A stretch of 64,000 nt of DNA. Origin: Octopus sinensis. Its lineage: Eukaryota. Below the pieces are notes generated by a model. That model saw only the letters and a list, made by a program, of their open reading frames with translations, made no database searches and had not been told where the DNA came from. The stretch is taken from assembly GCF_006345805.1 (NCBI RefSeq), contig NC_042999.1, forward strand, positions 6,882,001-6,946,000, in the 5' to 3' direction. Shown here piece by piece: positions 54,737 to 64,000 of this stretch (the first letter of the stretch is position 1; every line of letters begins with the position of its first letter). The position numbers and the translations under genes were made by a program.

Positions 54737-55105
54737 TCTTTTACTCTTTTACTTGTTTCAGTCATTTGACTGCGGCCATGCTGGAGCACCACCTTTTTAG
54801 TACTTATTCTATCGGTCTCTTTTTGCCGAACCGCTAAGTGACGGGGACGTAAACACACCAGCATCGGTTGTCAAGCAGTGCTAGGGGGACAAACACAGAC
54901 ACAATCACACACACATACATATATATATATATACATATATACGACAGGCTTCTTTCAGTTTCCGTCTACCAAATCCACTCACAAGGCATTGGTCGGCCCG
55001 GGGCTATAGCAGAAGACACTTGCCCAAGATGCCACGCAGTGGGACTGAACCCGCCAACCGTGTGGTTGGTTAGCAAGCTACTTACCACACAGCCACTCCT
55101 GCGCC
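54737..55105 (-). mobile_element. Family B SINE
   Basis: Reverse complement of head to tail. Confidence 0.9.
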
Positions 55106-55124
55106 TATATATATATATATATAT

Positions 55125-55170
<46 letters not shown>

Positions 55171-55173
55171 TAA

Positions 55174-55806
55174 TAGAAATATGTTACAAAAAAGGAAATA
55201 AAAACTACACGTAAGGGGAAAGTAAGAAGAAAAATCAACGAAATCAAAAAAATTAAAGGCCTTTTATGAAAAGTAAAGATAGATATATACAATTAGATGA
55301 ACTGAGGTAGGAATAAAAGTAATAAAAGTCATTATAGTGAATTGTTAAAGAGATTCAAAAGCATACCGGGTTCGTAAAATTACTAATCATTACTTTAAAT
55401 GCACATCGATTACTGAACGGTGTCAGGTCTACTAGTCCCTGAGTAAAAAGATTATGTATAAGTGAGGTAAGTAGTTCTGGGTTTGGTGCAATTAGGTTAG
55501 ATATAGATCTGTAATGCAAATGGTATATCGGATATATGGGAGTTAGTGGTACTAATTGAAAGGTTAGTAGCGTTCTGTATTCTGTTATGTGTTCATATTG
55601 ATTTGTGGTAGATATTTATAGATGAAAGTTGCCTCTTTATTCATACTTTGTTCTACTGAGGTGTTCTGTGCGAACATTGACAGAAGGGGAAAATTAGGAA
55701 ATTAGGATTAAGATTCCTAGCACACCTTTCTATGTGTTCACTGACCTGTAACTGCCTGGATTGTAGGTGGCGGATTTGTTCTTTGTGGAGGGTGGTTCTT
55801 CGACGG
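55174..55806 (-). mobile_element. Penelope-like 3' fragment, same family as 39047-40129
   Basis: RRRTTLHKEQIRHLQSRQLQVSEHIERCARNLNPNFLIFPFCQCS plus a homologous 3' region. Confidence 0.88.
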
Positions 55807-55964
55807 TGGCTGCGGACAAACACCCCACCGCACATACCCTCCTCTCTCTCTATACATATATAGTTGCTTGTTTACACTTTTTCGATATCAGTGTCTATCG
55901 ATACTGGAAAAAAGGTTTAAGTATTTGTGAAGGGAATCTACTTCTCATCGACAACTGTGATTGT

Positions 55965-56009
55965 CACACGCCGATGACGGGTCAATACCCAGAAACTCGA
56001 GTCCGTGTG
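55965..56009 (+). ncRNA. Type I hammerhead ribozyme (U4C core variant)
   Basis: CACACG-CCGATGA-C-GGG(TCAATA)CCC-A-GAAA-CTCGAG-TC-CGTGTG: 6 bp stem I, palindromic ACTCGAGT, GTC cleavage after 56003. Confidence 0.75.
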
Positions 56010-56173
56010 TATTATAAGTTGAAGACGGGAAGGATGGCTTCCCTTTGCAAATACTGATAGGGCACAGAAAGTGTGTCTATAACCAGCTGGAAGAAGTGTC
56101 CTCCTGGGGCTACAAACTACAGTAGCATCCACCCTTAGCGGTTAGCCATATTTAAATGGCAAATATACGTCAC

Positions 56174-56207
<34 letters not shown>

Positions 56208-56209
56208 TA

Positions 56210-56930
56210 TTCCTCCTAGAGCAAAAATACCCCCTTAAACTAATAGAAAATGGAATCACAAGAGCATTAAAACTAGACATCACACAACTCAGGACACCCA
56301 AAACAAAAAACAAAGAAAACACTATCCCTTTTATAAACACACACAACCCTGGAGTTACCAACATCTTCCAAACCATACATTCAAACCTACCAATAGCCTT
56401 ACAGAGCCCCAAAATGAAAAACATATTAAACAAATATAGCATAAAAAACAGTAGACGACAGGACAAAAACCTAAAAAAACACCTAACAAGAGCGAAATTC
56501 TCTTCAGAAACTAAAACGGAATTCTTTGCAAAAGAGTGCGGAGATGGTAGATGTGGGACCTGCAGCAACCCCACCTACAAATACATAGAGAGCAACAGAG
56601 AGATAAGATTTAAAAATGGTGTCATATTCAAAGTAAATGCAGATATGAACTGCAAGACGCAGAACGTCATATACTGCATAACCTGCCCCACATGCAAGGA
56701 GAATTACGTAGGAGAAACTGGTAATTCTTTGTGCCAGCGAGCCAGGATCCACCGACAACATATTCGGCAGGAAGAACTACGCAAAATACCACTAAGCACA
56801 CACCTAGCTACATGTGGAGAAGGAAAATTTAAGATATTTCCCTTCTACAAGTGTCCGAAGAATGACACCCCCTTCAGGAGGAATATGGAAAAAATTTCAT
56901 AGCTAAGTTCTCCCCAAATTAAATGGCTGA
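56210..56930 (+). mobile_element. Penelope-like retroelement fragment, second family (thumb + GIY-YIG endonuclease)
   Basis: IPFINTHNPG...KNLKKHLTRAKF...CGDGRCGTC...NVIYCITCPTCKENYVGETG...RIHRQHI...KIFPFYKC; frameshift near the C-terminus. Confidence 0.9.
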
Positions 56931-57754
56931 AACTTTACTCAACATACATTGAAGGAAAAGTCTGTGGTGTGTAGATGTGTGTATTGCCTGTTATATACAT
57001 CATATTATATTATTATCTTTATAATTCACTTCATCTTTACCCTCTAATTGTCACTTTAGTTTTAACTTTCCTATGACATACAACTTTCAAGATGGTATAA
57101 TTTGGTTGTTCATTTTGAACCGATAAAAAGGTTTTTTCAAATATTTTATGTATGAGTCTGTGTGTGTGTATATATATGTGTTGGTATAAATATCAACACA
57201 CAAAAATATTTTTTCTTCTCCACTTCCTCCCTTATTTTTATTTTTATTTTTATTTTTTTATTTTTTATTCTTTATATTTTTATTTATTCTTTATATTTTT
57301 ATTTTATTTTTTATTTTTTATTCTTTATATTTTTATTTATTCTTTATATTTTTATTTTTATTTTTTATTTTTTGTTTTTATTTTATTTATTTTATTTTTT
57401 TTTATTTTTTTTATTTTTATTATTATTATTTTTATTTTCCCTTTTCTCTTTTTGTCTCTCTCCCCTTCTCCAAACACACAGACACACACACACACACACA
57501 CAACATACCACACAACACACACACACACACACAAAAACACACACAGACACACACACCACACACACACCTCCACAGAATGATCATAGAAAGTGTGACCCCA
57601 AATGACATTTGCCAGGCCAACCTATGCACAACACACACTCAGTGACATTGAAATGGACGGCCAAAGTTCTTATAAAACCACAGGGGGTCCAGCAGACCAA
57701 CAGAAATAACACTTCTTCACTCTCAGATATAAATGCGCGCACACACACACACAC

Positions 57755-57792
<38 letters not shown>

Positions 57793-58033
57793 ACATATTT
57801 TCTCTCTGTCTCACTTCCTCCTCACCCACTACTACGAAACTATAAAAAGGTTCAAACTACCCACAACTGATTTGATTTGAAAACCCACTAGAATGGGAGC
57901 AAGCGCTAATCCGAATGATATGATATATATGTAAAAAATGTAATATATAAATAAATATCTACAAATATGAACCATCTGATCTGATTACCTCAATTTTTCT
58001 AATATTAATACCTGTACATCATCTCCAACCTTC

Positions 58034-58076
<43 letters not shown>

Positions 58077-58089
58077 ATATGTATATATA

Positions 58090-58290
58090 ATATATATATA
58101 TATTTCAAAATGTAACCACTTGTGAATCGTTGGCGATTTTCTTCCTCCGACTTCCTTTCTTTTGGACTTTCATCTGTTTTCGAAGAAGAGCGTTGCTCGA
58201 AATGTTAAACCATCTTTCTTTCCTTCCCTGAGCGTCTGCAAATACTTTACATGTACCACGTCCCCGTGTTGTTGTTTTTTGTGTAGTAGC
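58090..58290 (+). mobile_element. Penelope pLTR-like segment with degenerate hammerhead (58176-58210)
   Basis: GTTT-TCGAAGA-AGAGCGTTGCTC-GAAA-TGTT-AAAC; homologous to 33290-33495. Confidence 0.55.
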
Positions 58291-58299
58291 AGTAGCAGA

Positions 58300-59100
58300 C
58301 TGTTGTTGCTGTTATTGTTGTTGTTGTTAAACAACAAGACGGGTAAGGGTGATTAGGTGGTGGTCTAGGGCTTAGAGGCGGGAGACCCCAGACCTTGGAA
58401 AAAAAACTTTGGTCGTCTTGTTGTAGTCGAGGGCTCTTCATTGACACCCGACACCACTGGGAGGTGGCCCTCGAAGTCGCTGGAAATGGAGAACTCCAAG
58501 TCCAAATTCTTGAACGGCTGCTGTTGTTGTATTGGGTGGAATCAGGTCAGATAGTGGTGCCAAGCAAGGTGCTTCCAATGTAGTGGCAGTAGCAGGCTGC
58601 TGTTGTGGTAGTGAGTCCTGGCTTGCCACTGTAGTCTTGGATGGAATTAGGTCAGATAGCGATATCAATGAGGATGTTGTTTGTTGCTTGCTATCGGGTC
58701 GTTGAAGTGACCCCTGTCCTGTTGGAGTCGGGTCATTTGGTGCACTACATCCATTGACAAGTATGACTTCTAGTGTTGCAATGTGCGTGTGTAAAGTATG
58801 AAATGATCTTGTGATTTCATTTCTTTTTTGTTTTCGATCTGTTTTACAGATCTGTAAAAGGACTGTGACTCTAATTTTCAGCGATTTTACCGTAGACATT
58901 AGCTTTTACACAATCGTTATGGTAAGTGTACCACGCGTTTATCAGTGCACCGATTTCGTTTTTTACCCGATGGCGTTTTAGAACATTATTGGCCATATTC
59001 AGTGGGACGGTTTTATACACTGTACATTCAGTTATTGATGACTTGATGTATAATAGTAAATGCACCGTTGAAAAATTTCTGTCGATAGATTCGGAAATGC
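58300..59100 (-). mobile_element. Degenerate ORF fragment, possibly a Penelope N-terminal region
   Basis: Frameshifted reading HLLLYIKSSITEC...VPLNMANNV... / STVKSLKIRVTVLLQICKT... with an internal LSDLIP duplication, abutting the pLTR-like segment. The family assignment is inference. Confidence 0.35.
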
Positions 59101-59149
59101 GTGGCTATATCTGGGTGTGTGTGGGAGAGTTCAGTGTATTTAGTACAAA

Positions 59150-59390
59150 TCAGGATAAGCGGTGTGTTTAATAGAAATCAAGAGAAAAGAATTATACTCA
59201 CGGGACCAGTTTTAGAACTAGTCTTGGATTTAGTATTGGTTTCTATTTCTTTCTCCAGGTTGTATATACATTTGTGTAAATTTATGCTCCGATGATAGCA
59301 AAATAGTAGACTAGTAGAAATCAAGAATTCTGGATAGACAGTATTAAGAGCAAACTGACAGAGAGTCAAAGAAATAGATAGATCCTCTTT
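59150..59390 (+). mobile_element. Degenerate CR1-type RT fragment (tentative)
   Basis: SGV...GPVL...LYI followed by a frameshifted DDSKI motif. Confidence 0.3.
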
Positions 59391-59441
59391 ACATGTTACA
59401 CTATCTAACTGTGTGGCTCTTCTACTTGTGTATATATATAT

Positions 59442-59522
<81 letters not shown>

Positions 59523-59671
59523 GTTTAAGTAATTGAGATTCAAGTGAATTCTAATGAATTCACATGAATATGGTCCTTAACTAGGATGCACCGGAAATCT
59601 ATATGGTGTTAACCATACGACAAGTGGGGTGATTACAAATAGGAAAAAAGCAACAAGAATGGATTAAAATA

Positions 59672-59755
59672 TCGGTACAATTGTTTCGTACGAGGGCATC
59701 TTTAATAAGCTACAAAAAATGCTGTAAATATAGATGGCTCGTACTCGTCAGCCGA
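59672..59755 (-). ncRNA. Type I hammerhead ribozyme (left arm)
   Basis: TCGG-CTGACGA-GTACGAG...CTCGTAC-GAAA-CAATTG-TA-CCGA on the minus strand. Confidence 0.85.
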
Positions 59756-60049
59756 AAAAACATAAGAGATTCCCAAACATGAAAAGGGGTAGATACAAAT
59801 GAGGGTGTGAGTTTAACTGCATTGAAGAAAGTTCGATTCCTGGAGATCCGATGAAAGAATTTGTATCCAAAATTTTCTTCACATAACTTGATTAACAATT
59901 CACTATGAACTATATATGGACATGCACATATTCTGTAAGTTCAAGACCTTTCATCGGATCTCCAGGAATCGAACTTTCTTCAATGCAGTTAAACTTACAC
60001 CCTCATTTGTATCTACCCCTTTTGATGTTTGGGAATCTCTTATGTTTTT

Positions 60050-60133
60050 TCGGCTGACGAGTACGAGCCATCTATATTTACTGCATTTTTTGTAGCTTAT
60101 TAAAGATGTCCTCGTACGAAACAATTGTACCGA
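60050..60133 (+). ncRNA. Type I hammerhead ribozyme (right arm)
   Basis: TCGG-CTGACGA (60054-60060)-GTACGAG...CTCGTAC-GAAA (60118-60121)-CAATTG-TA-CCGA; GTA cleavage after 60129. Confidence 0.85.
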
Positions 60134-60163
60134 TATTTTAATCCATTCTTGTTGCTTTTTTCC

Positions 60164-60244
<81 letters not shown>

Positions 60245-60274
60245 TATATATGTATATATATATATATATATATA

Positions 60275-60306
<32 letters not shown>

Positions 60307-60330
60307 GTTTCATATATATATGTATATATA

Positions 60331-60489
60331 AGGAGTGGCTGTGTGGTAAGTAGCTTGCTAACCAACCACATGGTTCCGGGCTCAGTCCCACTGCGTGGCA
60401 TCTTGGGTTTCTTCTGCTATAGCCCCGGGCCGACCAATGCGTGAGTGGATTTGGTAGACGGAAACTGAAAGAAGCCTGTCGTGTATATG

Positions 60490-60520
<31 letters not shown>

Positions 60521-60736
60521 TTGTGTGTCTGTGTTTGTCCCCTAGTATTGCTTGACAACCGATGCTGGTGTGTTTATGTCCCCGTTACTTAGCGGTTCGG
60601 CAAAAGAGACCGATAGAATAAGTACTGGGCTTACAAAAAGAATAAGTCCCGGGATCGAGTTGCTCGATTAAAGGCGGTGCTCCAGCATGACCGCAGTCAA
60701 ATGACTGAAACAAGTAAAAGAGTAAAAGAGTAAAGA
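60331..60736 (+). mobile_element. Family B SINE
   Basis: Complete head to tail. Confidence 0.9.
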
Positions 60737-61419
60737 GTATATGTATGTATGTATGTATGTATGTATATATATAAAAATATTATATATATATATATACATA
60801 TATATGCATATACACATTGTCATACACACAAACATGTATACTTACAGAGACACACATAAACGTTTCGCTTCCTCCAGTATTTTGATCATCCCATTCGAAG
60901 CAAGCTGTATTATACGGTGGCCTCCCACTTATCGGATGAAAGACCGGCTTGATTGAAGAATATAAATTTATGCAAATTATTAGACATTGGTTCTATGAGA
61001 AGGCGGGTGTTTGATGGTGTTGTGTTCATCCTAGCAGTTCCTTTCTACAAGTTTAGATCGATTAAAATTATCTCTATATAATAGGCGAGGCTGAAAGAAG
61101 ACCAAACAAGCAATAAACTGAAAGGAACTTTGGTTTGATCAAAGGTATTTTAGCGGATCGCTTGAATTCAATTCCGTATGTTAAAGCTTTAATGGCGTTA
61201 ATAGATCTAAGCACCAGACTTATCCAGTTAGTAGGACCCAATGTGTGTTTGGTGTTGTGTTGTAGTGGTGCGGCGTTTATCTTTTTCTATGTTCTGTCTC
61301 GTGGGAATATTACGGAACCAGTGTGAAGAAAGGGAAATGTAATTTGAGGTGGGAAATCAAAGATGATCACGTGACGGTAAGACCGTTCACGTCTCTGTCT
61401 TTTTGAGAAACAGATCTAT

Positions 61420-61432
61420 TGGTGCATACGCG

Positions 61433-61472
<40 letters not shown>

Positions 61473-61522
61473 TACATATATAGATTAATTCACACACACA
61501 CACATACACTTATATGCATAGT

Positions 61523-61563
<41 letters not shown>

Positions 61564-61647
61564 ATACATATATATGTATACACACACATACGCATATATA
61601 CATAGATTAATTCACACACACATACACTTATATGCATAGTCACACAA

Positions 61648-61678
<31 letters not shown>

Positions 61679-61993
61679 TCTATACATATATATATGTATA
61701 TACACACACGCACACATATATATATATATATAGGTATGTACATATATATGCGTATATTGTTTATAAGCATACGCATACATATACGTATACATACATACAT
61801 ACATACATACATACAAACATACATACATACATACATACACACACATACATATATACACACAAACACAAATATGTATGTATGTTTTAAAAGTAATAAAATA
61901 CTACTACTACTACTACTAATGATAATAATAATAATAATAATACTAATAATGATAATAATAATAATAATAATAATGCTAATAATGATAATAATG

Positions 61994-62037
<44 letters not shown>

Positions 62038-62050
62038 CATTATAATATGT
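61420..62050. repeat. Compound (CA)n/(TA)n/(CATA)n/(TAA)n microsatellite block
   Basis: Direct sequence; includes a local tandem repeat ATAGATTAATTCACACAC...TTATATGCATAGTCACAC. Confidence 0.9.
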
Positions 62051-64000
62051 ATATGTGTGTGTGTGTGTGCGTACCAGTGTGTACTTGTGTACGTTAGATA
62101 TATCTGATGCTAATATCACATGATAAAAATGCAAGGCACTCTCCAGGAGGTGAATAAAGAGACAGATTTTGATTGTCGGAAGACGCCGTTAATCACATGA
62201 ATAACATGTCTTCCCTTTACGCGGAAGAAAACATTCAATTTCGGAGCTAGCAATATCGATGAATGCGATATTTAGAAAGCAGAGAAGTCAGGATAAAATT
62301 TAGAGGTAGAGGAAAGTCTAAGAGACAACGGTAAAAATATGCATAGATGGAGGGAGAGAGAGGAGGGGAAAGAAAGAGAGTGAAGAAGAGAATCAAAGAA
62401 GATAATGATGAGTTAATTATGAACGTTGTAAGAAGTCTAAATCAGTTGTGTCGGCCATCAATGTAGACAACGTAATCTCACTGAATCAACATTGTTGTGA
62501 AATCTTGATCAATATATGTTAATTCTGGAATATCTGTGATTAAATTGGAATTAATTTATAGTTCCTCCTTCTGCTTTTGTTAATGCCAAATACTATTGGA
62601 ATATAATCTCAGGTTATTCTGTAAGAAATCCATATGAAATGATGTTCATGCGAAGTGAGGTATAATTTCATGTAATTCAAAGGAAATTGAAGAACATGTA
62701 TAGATATATATGAAGGGCCATGTATTCTTTTCGACCTCAAATGAAGGTGGTGACCTTTTCTCTGTGGTAGAAAGGTTCATTACCTCAGTTTAAATAATAT
62801 AGGTTGTCGTGATTGGTTAAAGAGGTCGTTCCCTTCAACAGAACACGTGTATAGTTTTACAGAAACTAATTCTTCGTTTGCACATAATGGCCAATACGGA
62901 TTCTATTCAAAATTCTGCGATACAAATTGAAGCTTTCAAACTTTTTCTATTTGCAGATTTTTAGCATTTATAATTTTCGGTTTATAATATGTAAATCTAT
63001 ACAATATATAATAAGTGCACACGCATACAAACACGTACACACACACATATACATGTGGTTATACATATAAAGTAGATAATATAGATACCTATATATACAC
63101 ATAAAACACAAATAGACGCTCACAATGATGCACACGCATTCGCACACTAGCATAACTGCCATATCTGTACATAGATTATAATTCTCTGACGCTATCACTG
63201 ACAAATATACGATGCCAACACCATATTACAAAAGAACGGATGTGTATAAATAAGAATCGATTTAGATGGAAATAAAATAGAATTATTTCAAGGATGTGAA
63301 CTGATGTCAACTGACAGTAATTCACATGGCGGTAGAGGGAAGACAAGATTTTCACTTAAACCTCTATACACTATCATAGAAGATCGTATATACTCTGCGT
63401 ATAGCTGCAAGTGACACTACCACACACGCACACATATACACACAGGCGCACTCAACGCACATACGCTCATATTTTAGTATTCTTGGAAATTTAAGTATCC
63501 ACACAACATGCAAACTAAATGCGTGTTTAAAATTGAATATTGCTTACGCTTTGTCCCTTTCTTTCTTCCACTCATTGTAGCCCTTATTGATAGATATATA
63601 TACATACTTACAAATATACATACATACATACATATATTGATTCGAAGACTACAAATCCAATTTACCACTGGAAGTGTAAAATACTGTAAAACTTTCTTGA
63701 AGTTTATCATTTCGATATGAGTATGTCTAGGTATGCAACTATATGCATGAGAATACATATATAAAAGAAAACATACAAATCTGCACATATACATACATAC
63801 AAAAATACCCTGTTGATGTTGTTGAAATTCCAATGAAGGATCCTTGGACCTTGGTCAGAAACCGACTCTTTCTCTATTGGCAAGAAACCTTTAAACAAAA
63901 CTAAATAATGACATATATACGTACGCAAACGATCCATAATATATGTAGTCTTTAGTCATTGTTCGGTGAACGCTTATAAGATTTAAATTTATAAAATATT

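Larger units (their letters stand above)
59639..60166. mobile_element. Palindromic element: two 219 bp arms, each with an intact hammerhead ribozyme
   Basis: 59639-59857 and 59948-60166 are reverse complements with about four mismatches; 90 bp spacer. Confidence 0.9.

Noticed and set aside
56075-56170. HDV-like ribozyme in the cassette tail (GGGGCTA...TCCACCC...hairpin...CAAA), also at about 27915-27980
   Set aside because: P1, P4 and a J4/2-like CAAA can be suggested, but P2 and P3 cannot be formed in either copy.
57075-57135. CCTATGA...GAACCGATA as the pLTR hammerhead of the 56210-56930 element
   Set aside because: Both core segments are mutated and stem II is unclear; too degenerate to call.

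Overview
Eukaryotic, very AT-rich and microsatellite-dense DNA. The tRNA-derived SINE families look like those of octopus (inference from repeat content only). There is no intact, recognisable protein-coding gene, and almost all listed ORFs are microsatellite or SINE artefacts. Supported content: dozens of tRNA-derived SINEs from at least four families (some with 15-16 bp TSDs, some as precise head-to-tail concatemers); a full-length 5S rRNA-like copy; three Tc1/mariner relics (two with TIRs and TA TSDs); RTE and CR1 LINE fragments; a Helitron-like non-autonomous element; and several Penelope-like (GIY-YIG) fragments. The most striking signal is a concentration of type I hammerhead ribozyme (HHR) motifs: six near-canonical HHRs at five loci, one further HHR with a single core change, and several degenerate ones. 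They occur in three architectures. (1) Inverted-repeat-bounded foldback elements at 3845-4258, 53343-53819 and 59639-60166, which share ribozyme structure but not arm sequence. (2) A tRNA-headed SINE carrying an internal HHR at about 6548-6819. (3) An HHR followed by a hairpin cassette, present as two diverged copies with compensatory changes at 27777 and 55965. A tentative phase-consistent chain of five small exons lies at 23598-28762. Repeat boundaries are approximate unless stated as exact.
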